Assembly: GCA_016931935.1 (NCBI GenBank)
Contig: JAFGDW010000300.1
Coordinates: 55,274-119,273 of the forward strand
Origin: Candidatus Zhuqueibacterota bacterium
GTDB taxonomy: Bacteria > Zhuqueibacterota > Zhuqueibacteria > Thermofontimicrobiales > Thiofontviventaceae
Direction: 5' to 3'
Length of the DNA: 64,000 nucleotides
How positions within the stretch are numbered: the first letter of the stretch is position 1; each line of letters starts with the position of its first letter. The notes beneath the pieces are model-generated. The model had not been told where the DNA came from. It made no database searches and saw nothing but the letters and a program-made list of their open reading frames with translations. Position numbers and translations under genes: made by a program. Positions 20,834-29,426 of this stretch are shown here, piece after piece.

Positions 20834-21778
20834 TTAAAAAATGTATGTGAAAGATACCCGATTTAGCGATCCCACTTCTCCCAATGATGAGATTGCGTAA
20901 TCGAGATGATATTCATTCCTGTTAAAACCAAATCCCGCTGATACACCGGCAAGCTTGTCCAAATCACTGTTGACATGGGCGTCGCGGCCAATCGAGTCAA
21001 AACCGAAACGCAAAAAAACACCAGTCGCCACGTTCAGTTCTCCGCCGACTACAAACTGGAAATCTTCATCGTTCGAGACTTTGTATCCATTCAAATTAAA
21101 CAGTAGCGGTAAATGTGCTAATTGTTTGGAAAATCCGGCCACAATTTTTTGAGGCAATTTACTTTTCTCTTCGATAAATGCAGACATAGTATTGCCGATA
21201 TTCAATACCGACAGACCGATATCCAAATCTTCGGTGAACGGCACACGGTAAATAACACCAACATCGACAGCCGCTGCAGTCGAACTAAATGACTGAATGA
21301 CCGAACGAATATATTTTGCACTCACCCCAACAAACATATTCTCGATGACTGCCTGTCTGGCATATGAAGCCGTGAGCACCATCGTATTCGCATTAAACGT
21401 TGTGCCAAGTTTCTCACCCTGACTATCGGTTTCATCAAACTCACCATAGTCGATATAATTGATCCCCAATGCAAACACACTGTTTTGTTTGAGCGATTGT
21501 GCATACCCGACAAATCCCGATTGAAAATCGATCAGGTGTTTTAAATAAGTAACACTCCCCACACGGCCTTCAATGGTTGCCAGTCCGGCGGGATTGTAAT
21601 ACAGGGCGTGGAGATCCCCTGTATGTGCAACAGCAGCACCCGCTAATGCGGATTGTCGGGCTCCCACATTTGTTTGCAGAAAATGAAAGCCTGTAGGTTC
21701 AACAGCCGTAATCCGTGCTGGTGAAATGAATAATAAGATTAAAAGAAGTGCACAAATACCTGCATACAGTTTATTCAT
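20834..21778 (-). CDS. PorV/PorQ-family (UPF0164-like) outer-membrane beta-barrel protein
   Basis: Signal peptide MNKLYAGICALLLILLFIS, then GARQSALAGAAVAHTGDLHALYYNPAGLA, matching the family N-terminal signature GAR..A.GGA...D..A..NPAGLA. Alternating beta-strand pattern ending ...SFTYIF. Start placed at the internal Met (the track ORF extends to 21850). Confidence 0.45.
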   Translation of the reverse strand: MNKLYAGICALLLILLFISPARITAVEPTGFHFLQTNVGARQSALAGAAVAHTGDLHALYYNPAGLATIEGRVGSVTYLKHLIDFQSGFVGYAQSLKQNSVFALGINYIDYGEFDETDSQGEKLGTTFNANTMVLTASYARQAVIENMFVGVSAKYIRSVIQSFSSTAAAVDVGVIYRVPFTEDLDIGLSVLNIGNTMSAFIEEKSKLPQKIVAGFSKQLAHLPLLFNLNGYKVSNDEDFQFVVGGELNVATGVFLRFGFDSIGRDAHVNSDLDKLAGVSAGFGFNRNEYHLDYAISSLGEVGSLNRVSFTYIF

Positions 21779-22018
21779 GGTTGCTCCTGTTTCCTGATCC
21801 GATTTGTTTGATAAGTTAAACTGAGAGCGATTTTTAATGGTTCCCATCAAAGTGAATTTCTTTTCGCGTGAAGATGTTTCTTTTATAAAACAAACGTTTG
21901 AAATAGTCGTGAAATTTTATAAGTCGAATGAAAAATCATGAACGAGCTGTCGTGTTACTCATTGTCTTTTGAACTTGCGTCCGTTGGCCATTGTCCGTTA
22001 TCCGTTATCCGTTCATCT

Positions 22019-22366
22019 CTATCCATCAAGGTATCGTTGAAACTGATTTGTTTCATCCACAAGTATCACTTTCGGCTGAACAGGCTGGTCTGTTAATTCA
22101 AATCCCATAATAATAATTTCTTCACCGGGACCAATTAAATGTGCAGCAGCGCCATTCATGCAAATTTCACCGGAATTTGCTTCGCCTTCAATCACATACG
22201 TTTCCAACCGTGCACCGGACGTATTGCTTGCGACCAACACTTTTTCACCAGGCCATAGATCGACCATTTCCATCAACGTTTTATCAATCGTTATGCTGCC
22301 AACATATTCAACATCTGCTTCGGTCACAGTAGCTTTATGAATTTTGGAACGTAACACCCAACGCAT
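22019..22366 (-). CDS. panD: Aspartate 1-decarboxylase
   Basis: 115 aa. MLRSKIHKATVT-like N-terminus and a GSITID pyruvoyl-forming serine motif. Confidence 0.9.
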   Translation of the reverse strand: MRWVLRSKIHKATVTEADVEYVGSITIDKTLMEMVDLWPGEKVLVASNTSGARLETYVIEGEANSGEICMNGAAAHLIGPGEEIIIMGFELTDQPVQPKVILVDETNQFQRYLDG

Positions 22367-22368
22367 GG

Positions 22369-23208
22369 CTAAACCTCAACTTCCATATTGTCGATCAAAC
22401 GAACACTGTCAATAAATACTGCCATTGATATCAATACTTTTCTTTCAATCGTTTCCAATTCATTCAAATTATCCGGGTTGGCTATACTGATATAATCAAT
22501 CGTCGCGCGATCGTGTTTCAGAACAATATCGGTCATTTCACGACGGACATTCGTAGCTGTACGTTCACCTGCATCTATTAACTCTTTTCCCCTGACAAGT
22601 GATTGATACAGACATGTCGCCTGTTGCCGCCCTTCCGCGCTCAAATTGACATTACGTGAACTCATCGCCAATCCATCAGCTTCTCTAACGATTGGACACG
22701 GCACAAGTTCAATCGGAAAATTTAAATCATTCACCATCTGGCGAATCACAGCCAATTGCTGATAATCCTTTTGTCCCAAATAGGCACGGTGTGGTTGGAA
22801 CATATTGAACAGTTTGGCCACAACAGTGGTCACTCCCAGGAAATGGCCGGGACGTGTGGCGCCTTCCAGCACCTGCGTAATTTTTTCAACCGCCACATGG
22901 GTTTGAAACCGGGGTGGATATACAATTTCTTTCGGTGGTGTCCATACGAGATCAACATCTTCATCTTCGAGCAGCATCAAATCGCGTTCCACAGTCCGTG
23001 GATATTTTTCCAAATCGTCCGGATTGTTGAACTGAATCGGATTAACGAAAATACTCACGGCAACCCGCTCGTTTTCCGCCCGGGCGCGCCGGACCAGACT
23101 CATGTGGCCTTCATGTAATGCGCCCATCGTCGGGACGAGTCCCCAGGTTTTAGATTGTTCAGCAGCCCGGATTTTTCGTATATTTTCGATATCCTGAAAT
23201 GTTTGCAT
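22369..23208 (-). CDS. panC: Pantoate--beta-alanine ligase
   Basis: 279 aa. PTMGALHEGH HIGH-type motif and a PanC fold. The panD start lies 3 nt downstream. Confidence 0.9.
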   Translation of the reverse strand: MQTFQDIENIRKIRAAEQSKTWGLVPTMGALHEGHMSLVRRARAENERVAVSIFVNPIQFNNPDDLEKYPRTVERDLMLLEDEDVDLVWTPPKEIVYPPRFQTHVAVEKITQVLEGATRPGHFLGVTTVVAKLFNMFQPHRAYLGQKDYQQLAVIRQMVNDLNFPIELVPCPIVREADGLAMSSRNVNLSAEGRQQATCLYQSLVRGKELIDAGERTATNVRREMTDIVLKHDRATIDYISIANPDNLNELETIERKVLISMAVFIDSVRLIDNMEVEV

Positions 23209-23611
23209 GTAACTCTCGTCATTAAGCTTTCAGCAATCTGTTGTCAGATGTGGTAACTATTCAGTGGAACATGTCATTCCGGTTTTGATCCACTGTTTTT
23301 GTGGATCAAATTCCGGAATCTCCTTCATCTAAACGTAAATATTAAGGAGATTCCAGCCCACAGGACTTCCCTGGGAAACGGATTGCATTCCTTCCGCAGA
23401 AAACGCGGAATCCAGTCGTAGATGCGCCGTGGCGTGCCGGAATGAAAGTACGGCTGAATGGACACCAGATGTTAATAGTATGTAACTGTGTCCACTGGTT
23501 TTAACACGCCTAAAAAATATCTATTTTTTAGAACCACGAAATACACAAAACACACAACATATATTTGTTCATGTGGTTCGTGGGTGCAAAATCTCTTTGA
23601 ATCAGATTAAT

Positions 23612-24451
23612 TCATTTTCCCGACTCAAACTCATCCAACTCTTTCGCATCCATCGGATAACTGTGCGTTTCATCCGGATATGCGCCGGATTCCACATCAT
23701 CCCGGTAATTTTGAATGGCGCTGACTATTTGCGGCCACAACTGTGCATATTGCTTTACATACTTTGGCACAAATTGGTCATACAGCCCCAAAATATCATG
23801 AAACACCAACACCTGGCCATCACAACCGGGGCCAGCGCCGATTCCAATCGTGGGAATCTCTAATTTTTCCGAAATTGTTTTCGCAACCGGAGCCGGGAGC
23901 GCTTCCAATACGATGGCAAAACAGCCTGCATCCTGCAACGCCAGCGCATCATTCAGCAGACGACGCGCATCCGCTGCTTTTTTTCCCTGCACATGATAGC
24001 CGCTCAATTTGGTGATTGATTGTGGCGTTAATCCGATATGCCCCATCACAGGAATGCTAGCGTTTACCAATGCCTTAATAGTACCAGTCACTGCTTCGCC
24101 GCCCTCAAGTTTTATCGCGTCCATCTGGGCTTCTTTAATGAAACGGCCAGCGTTTTGGATGGCTTCAGGAATACTTGTCTGATAGGATAAAAATGGCATG
24201 TCGCCAATTAAAAAGGTATCCGGCGCCCCGCGCGATACGGCCTTACAATGGTGCAGCATTTCATCCATTGTTACACTGACAGTCGATTTATGACCAAGCA
24301 TGGTCATCGCCAGTGAATCGCCAATGAGAATAATATCAATTCCTGCTTCGGCTACCATTTTGGCGCTGGGATAATCGTAAGCGGTCAACATAGTAATCGG
24401 CCGCTTCTCGATCTTTTTTTGATGTAAATCATGTATGGTTAATTTTTTCAT
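23612..24451 (-). CDS. panB: 3-methyl-2-oxobutanoate hydroxymethyltransferase
   Basis: LTAYDYPSA...GDSLAMTMLGH motifs. Start set at the internal MKKLTIHDL (the track ORF extends to 24511). Confidence 0.9.
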   Translation of the reverse strand: MKKLTIHDLHQKKIEKRPITMLTAYDYPSAKMVAEAGIDIILIGDSLAMTMLGHKSTVSVTMDEMLHHCKAVSRGAPDTFLIGDMPFLSYQTSIPEAIQNAGRFIKEAQMDAIKLEGGEAVTGTIKALVNASIPVMGHIGLTPQSITKLSGYHVQGKKAADARRLLNDALALQDAGCFAIVLEALPAPVAKTISEKLEIPTIGIGAGPGCDGQVLVFHDILGLYDQFVPKYVKQYAQLWPQIVSAIQNYRDDVESGAYPDETHSYPMDAKELDEFESGK

Positions 24452-24758
24452 GATCGTACTCCGTACAACGAAATGAACCAACAATATAACCGGGTTCATT
24501 TTAAATAGCAAGTTTTTTTTACAAAAAATTGAATTCAGGGATGACTTTAGTGTTCACCGTTTTTGCTACGTCTTTATAAAATCCAATATTTAATATGAAT
24601 GACCAGTTGAAAATAGCGATTAGTTGAAATTTAACGAGTTATCACGATTCGACGGAGTATATCCTGAGCTAACCGAAGGGTTCACCGTGAAGTGTGCTCT
24701 TCAGCCTGAGTCCCGACGAGTCGGGAAAGGCGATTATTTTAACTGGTCATTCGTATAC

Positions 24759-25709
24759 TCATACATAATTCCGCAGCATCAACTCCAACGGATGCGGATG
24801 TAGATATACTTGTCGCAACAGATAATTTTCCTGATACTTCCGCGTATAGTGATTCAGTAGCGTCACTGGAACAATCAGCGGCACCAAACCCTGATGATAG
24901 GATGAAATCACATCCAGCAGTTCCTGCTTTTCATCGCTCGAAATTTGTTTTTTAAAATAGCCCATAATATGCTGCAACACATTGACATTTTTTTTAATCG
25001 TGGCAGATAGTTTTAACGATTTCATTAATAATGCCAGATAATCACTAAATAAAACTTCGCGGTCAATTTGTTTATGCCGGGCGACCATACTTCCCAATTC
25101 GTACAACGTTCTCGGGTTGTGCGCCATAATAAGCAGCTTATGATCAGTATGAAATTCCACCAGGCCTTTGATGCTAGCATCCCCTGTCACAAAGTTACGC
25201 CAACGATGATACACAAAAATCCGCGTGATAAAACTATCCCGCAATCCGGAATCATTCAACCTTCCTTCATCTTCCACCGGCATCAGCGGAAATCGTTCCA
25301 TAAATACCCGGGCAAACATCCCGACACCTTTACCAGTTGGCAATCCCTTTTCGTTGTACACTTTGATATCACGCATGCCAGAGCTTGGCGATTTTGCTTT
25401 GAACACATAGCCACACAGGTTTTCACGTTCAAGCTCATCCAACCGTTTTACGGCCCAGCTCTGCATACGTTGAGTGTGATCAATGCCGGTCTTTTGCGTC
25501 ATGAGCTTGGGATTCTCCGGGTCACCAACCAGTCGGATTGCTTCACGGGGAATTGGCAAACCGCATTCCACCTCCGGACAGACCGGGACATAGTCGACAA
25601 ATTGTCCCAACGTATCGCGGAGGTATTTATCCAGTTTATGCCCGCCATCGTAGCGGACATTTTCACCCAATAGGCAGGTGCTGATGCCGAGTTTTGGTTT
25701 TTGCATCAT
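24759..25709 (-). CDS. DUF523/DUF1722 fusion protein (TudS-like [4Fe-4S] domain plus YbgA-like domain)
   Basis: 316 aa. GISTCLLGENVRYDG...CPEVECGLPIPRE cysteine motifs of DUF523, followed by a DUF1722-like helical C-terminus. Confidence 0.6.
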   Translation of the reverse strand: MMQKPKLGISTCLLGENVRYDGGHKLDKYLRDTLGQFVDYVPVCPEVECGLPIPREAIRLVGDPENPKLMTQKTGIDHTQRMQSWAVKRLDELERENLCGYVFKAKSPSSGMRDIKVYNEKGLPTGKGVGMFARVFMERFPLMPVEDEGRLNDSGLRDSFITRIFVYHRWRNFVTGDASIKGLVEFHTDHKLLIMAHNPRTLYELGSMVARHKQIDREVLFSDYLALLMKSLKLSATIKKNVNVLQHIMGYFKKQISSDEKQELLDVISSYHQGLVPLIVPVTLLNHYTRKYQENYLLRQVYLHPHPLELMLRNYV

Positions 25710-25933
25710 TCATTCCCTTCAATAAAAACTATAAATAATTCAGAAGAATATGAATCGATTCCACTGTAAAGATTTCAAGTTTTCATACTATTCAAGTACG
25801 TATTATACAAATTTTTCCAATTTTTTTCAAGCTGTTTATCTTCAACAGGAACCTGGAATTGTGTATTATTGAAGATATTTGGCATAAATTTTTTCTTGCA
25901 TCTGTGAAACTTTTTCACTATACTCCGTTTAAG

Positions 25934-25954
25934 AAAATGACTATCAGTCATTTT
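25934..25954. promoter_or_regulatory. Candidate TetR operator: perfect 9-bp inverted repeat aaaatgact-atc-agtcatttt
   Basis: Palindrome ~55 bp upstream of the tetR start, in the divergent promoter region with the DUF523 gene. Confidence 0.4.
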
Positions 25955-26007
25955 TTTGATTAACGTTTATTTTTTTATCGACTGATTAGTTTATAGGAGA
26001 GTGTAAA

Positions 26008-26646
26008 ATGGGCATTAATGAACGTCGTGAACGCGAAAAAGAACAACGCACGAACGATATTATCGATGCTGCCGAACGGGTATTCGCCGAAAAAGGGGTT
26101 AGTGCGGCAACCATGGATGACGTGGCAACTGAAGCGGAGCTAAGTAAGGGCACACTTTACCTTTATTTTAAAAGCAAAGAAGAACTGTATCGCGCCATCA
26201 ATGTCAGGGGATTTATGAAACTCATCGAATTGTTCAGGGAAGCAATTCAATCTGAATCAACGGGGCTGCAGCAGGTACGGGCAATTGGCCGAGCCTATCT
26301 GAATTATTCCAAGGATTACCCGGATTATTTTAACGCAATGCTGCATTTCGAATCCAGCGATATGGTTCCAGACTTCGAAGCTGGCAGTATCGAAGCAAAT
26401 TGTGTCGCAAAAGGACATGATGCACTGGATTTGGTCGTTGAGGCACTAAACAATGGCATTGCCGACGGCAGCATCCGCAAGGACGTGAATCCACAAAAAA
26501 CCGCTGTCATATTATGGGGATTTTGCACTGGATTCATTCAGCTTATTGCAAAGAAAGGTGAGCATTTCGAGGATTACCATCATTTGAATACAGATGATTT
26601 AATCACTGAGTCGTTTCTACTCATAAAACGTTCGTTAGAAACCTAA
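26008..26646 (+). CDS. TetR/AcrR-family transcriptional regulator
   Basis: 212 aa. N-terminal HTH (IIDAAERVFAEKGVSAATMDDVATEAELSKGTLYLYFKSKEELY). Lies directly upstream of the RND efflux genes. Confidence 0.85.
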   Translation: MGINERREREKEQRTNDIIDAAERVFAEKGVSAATMDDVATEAELSKGTLYLYFKSKEELYRAINVRGFMKLIELFREAIQSESTGLQQVRAIGRAYLNYSKDYPDYFNAMLHFESSDMVPDFEAGSIEANCVAKGHDALDLVVEALNNGIADGSIRKDVNPQKTAVILWGFCTGFIQLIAKKGEHFEDYHHLNTDDLITESFLLIKRSLET

Positions 26647-26675
26647 CATCGTAACATTTAGCCGAAGGACACACT

Positions 26676-28034
26676 ATGAAGCAGAAATTATTAACCACAT
26701 TATGTATATTGTTTATTTGTAGCACTGCCAGAGCAGATATACTTGATTCCTATATAGCTCAGGGACTATCAAACAATCTGGCGTTAAAACAAAAATCTAT
26801 TTCACTGGAGCAATCGATTCAGGCTTTACATCAGGCGCGTGGTATGTTTTTGCCATCAGTTTCATTGGATGCCCGTTATTCCCGCGCAGGCGGAGGCCGC
26901 ATGATTGAAATTCCGATTGGTGATTTGATGAATCCTGTGTACAGCACTCTGAATCAATTACTCACGCAGGTAGGGCAACCGGCGCTATTTCCGGAAAATC
27001 TACAAAATCAATCAGTGCCGTTTTTGCGGGAAAAAGAACAAGATACAAAAATCCGTGTTGTGCAGCCGTTATTTCAGCCGGCGATTTATCGGAATTATAA
27101 AATCCGCTCCGATCAACGCGGCATGCAGGAAGCAGAAGTTGGCATATTCAAACGCCAATTAATTTCGGATATTCATGAGGCGTATTTCAACTATCTAAAA
27201 ACCGTTCGAGTGGTTGCACTGTTGGATCAAACAAACAACTTATTAAAAGAGAATGTGCGTGTAAGTGAATCGCTGTTTCGGAATCAGAAAATTACTGAAG
27301 AAGGTGTGTTCAGTGCCCGCGCAGAATTGAGTGCGCTCGAACAACAGCGCGCCGATGCACAAAAATCACAAACCATGGCCGCCGCATATTTCAATTTTTT
27401 ATTGAATCGTCCATTGGATGTATCGATCGATATTCTGGACGTTGAAGCTGATAACGCATTTAAGTTAATTCCCCTGGCTGACGCTCTGGCACTGGCACGA
27501 TCACATCGCGAAGAATTTCAATTAGTGAATCACGGAATCGATGCTGCGTATCATGGCGTGCGACTAGCCGGCAGTTCATTTTTGCCTGGCGTTACCGGCG
27601 TATTTGACTATGGCTATCAGGGAGAAAAGTACAAATTCACTCCAGATGATGATTACTGGATGGCATCGGTGGTATTAAACTGGAATTTCTTTAACGGATT
27701 TCAGGATAAAGCCAAACGTAATCAGGCAGTGTTGGAGAAGACAAAGTTGGAAACTCAATTAATGGAACTGGAAAATCAAATCCAGCTTCAGGTGAAGGAA
27801 GCCCATGAGAATGTTCGGGTTGCTCAACTGGCAATTGCATCCACCAGAGATCGTGTTACAAGTGCACGCAAATCGTTCCAATTGACACAAAAAAAATATA
27901 CTCTGGGAATGGTCCCGCCAATTGAATATCGCAATGCCCGCCACGATCTAACCGAGGCAGAATTGCAGGCAATTATTGCGGTGTATGATTATCATATACA
28001 AGCAGCACGGTTTGAACGCGTGATTGCAAAGTAA
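26676..28034 (+). CDS. TolC-family outer-membrane efflux protein
   Basis: 452 aa. Signal peptide plus the two-repeat OEP architecture (Q-rich coiled coils). First gene of the efflux operon. Confidence 0.85.
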   Translation: MKQKLLTTLCILFICSTARADILDSYIAQGLSNNLALKQKSISLEQSIQALHQARGMFLPSVSLDARYSRAGGGRMIEIPIGDLMNPVYSTLNQLLTQVGQPALFPENLQNQSVPFLREKEQDTKIRVVQPLFQPAIYRNYKIRSDQRGMQEAEVGIFKRQLISDIHEAYFNYLKTVRVVALLDQTNNLLKENVRVSESLFRNQKITEEGVFSARAELSALEQQRADAQKSQTMAAAYFNFLLNRPLDVSIDILDVEADNAFKLIPLADALALARSHREEFQLVNHGIDAAYHGVRLAGSSFLPGVTGVFDYGYQGEKYKFTPDDDYWMASVVLNWNFFNGFQDKAKRNQAVLEKTKLETQLMELENQIQLQVKEAHENVRVAQLAIASTRDRVTSARKSFQLTQKKYTLGMVPPIEYRNARHDLTEAELQAIIAVYDYHIQAARFERVIAK

Positions 28035-28050
28035 ATAAAGTGTATCCATC

Positions 28051-28156
28051 GTTTCCAGCGTCCCGCTGGAAATACATAAATTGCGGCTCTGCCGCGAGTT
28101 TAAAGTTACAAGGCAGAGCCTTGATATATACGTTCCCAGCGGGACGCTGGAAACGA
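28051..28156. repeat. Nested palindromic element: two hairpin-forming 23-bp arms in inverted orientation flanking a third hairpin
   Basis: Arm cgtttccagcgtcccgctggaaa (28051-73) has its reverse complement at 28134-56 (20/20 nt identical core). Each arm is itself a 9-bp palindrome (tttccagcg/cgctggaaa). Between them sits the hairpin ggctctgcc(28086-94)...ggcagagcc(28113-21). Confidence 0.5.
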
Positions 28157-28199
28157 TTACTAATTCGAATCCAACCACTTTGTAATAAGGAGAATCTCT

Positions 28200-29255
28200 A
28201 TGAAAATTAGGGCCATTATTTTTGGTCTGACAATAATCGTAGGTATCATTATCGTCGGACTCACCATACAGGCAAAATCGGATACAACATCTGCAGATAA
28301 TACCGAAAAAATCCCGGTCAATGTAAGTCCGGTATTGCAAAAGCAATTGTCTTTTCCTATTAAAAGTAGTGGTCGGTTAGCGCCAAAATCAGAGAGTAAA
28401 CTGTCGTTTAAAATTGGCGGAATCATTCAATCGATTAATGTAGATGAAGGGCAACGTGTACAAAAAGGTCAATTGCTGGCCCAGCTTAATCAGGCAGAAA
28501 TTCAGGCAAATGTTCAGCAGGCGCAGAGTGGATTTGATAAAGCCACCCGCGATTTGCAGCGAGTAAAAAAACTTTATGCTGACAGTGTCGCCACGCTCGA
28601 GCAGGTGCAAAACGCCACGACCGGGTTGAACATTGCCGAGGCCAATCTTAACATTGCCAAATTTAATCTGCAATATGCCTCAATTCACGCGCCAATGGAT
28701 GGCACAATTCTCAAGCGATTCAACGAACCCAACGAACTTATTTCCGCAGGCATGCCGGTGATTCTATTCAGTGGGCTGAATAAGGACTGGGTCGTCCGTA
28801 TCGGCGTGAGCGACCGCGATATTCTTCGTGTGCAGCCGGGCGACTCGGCGCTGGTTACCATCGATGCGTTTCGCGATTCCATATTCACTGCACAAGTAAG
28901 CGAAATTGCCGAGGCCGCCGATCCAATGAGTGGAACATTTGAAATTGAAGTCCGGCTCGAAAATCCCTCGCTCCAATTGAAAGCAGGATTTGTGGCGTCG
29001 GTGACAATTATTCCTTCCCGAAAAGAATTGGCCTGGATTGCCCCGGTAGAAGCATTGGTCGAAGGGGAAAAAAATCGTGGATTTGTCTATGTGGTCGATC
29101 AGGATCATGCACGAAAGACACCGGTAGAAATTATACACCTGCTGGGAAAAACAATGGCGCTTAAAGCTGACTTTTCAACAACAACTCGCGTGGTTACAGA
29201 AGGCGCGCCGTACGTTACTGATCAGGCGTTGATCACGATCGCATCTAAAATGTAA
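28200..29255 (+). CDS. Efflux RND transporter periplasmic adaptor subunit (HlyD/MFP family)
   Basis: 351 aa with an N-terminal TM, coiled-coil hairpin and beta-barrel/MP domains. Between tolC and the RND pump. Confidence 0.85.
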   Translation: MKIRAIIFGLTIIVGIIIVGLTIQAKSDTTSADNTEKIPVNVSPVLQKQLSFPIKSSGRLAPKSESKLSFKIGGIIQSINVDEGQRVQKGQLLAQLNQAEIQANVQQAQSGFDKATRDLQRVKKLYADSVATLEQVQNATTGLNIAEANLNIAKFNLQYASIHAPMDGTILKRFNEPNELISAGMPVILFSGLNKDWVVRIGVSDRDILRVQPGDSALVTIDAFRDSIFTAQVSEIAEAADPMSGTFEIEVRLENPSLQLKAGFVASVTIIPSRKELAWIAPVEALVEGEKNRGFVYVVDQDHARKTPVEIIHLLGKTMALKADFSTTTRVVTEGAPYVTDQALITIASKM

Positions 29256-29426
29256 ACAAGAAAAATATCGTTCCACCGGTATCAGTCCAGGCTAAGACAA
29301 CATTTTTTTTATCAAATACAAATCCTATAATACTGGTCGAAGAGCGACCGTACTTCATTCTGCCAGAGACTGGCGGAACAAAATTAACTAAATCTTATAA
29401 TTTCACTTTTTATATACAGGTAAACA

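Noticed and set aside
23268-23281. 14-mer acatgtcattccg shared with 42806..42819
   Set aside because: In a 64-kb window several 14-mer coincidences are expected by chance (~N^2/2/4^14, roughly 7-8). The flanks do not match.
24700-24735. Hairpin tcccgac-gag-tcggga downstream of the DUF523 gene, considered as a terminator
   Set aside because: No T-run follows on the minus strand. It may be a weak or rho-dependent signal, but is not convincing as an intrinsic terminator.
28155-28175. tRNA-like T-arm string ttcgaatcc
   Set aside because: No acceptor, D or anticodon arms can be built around it. It is the tail of the palindromic element.
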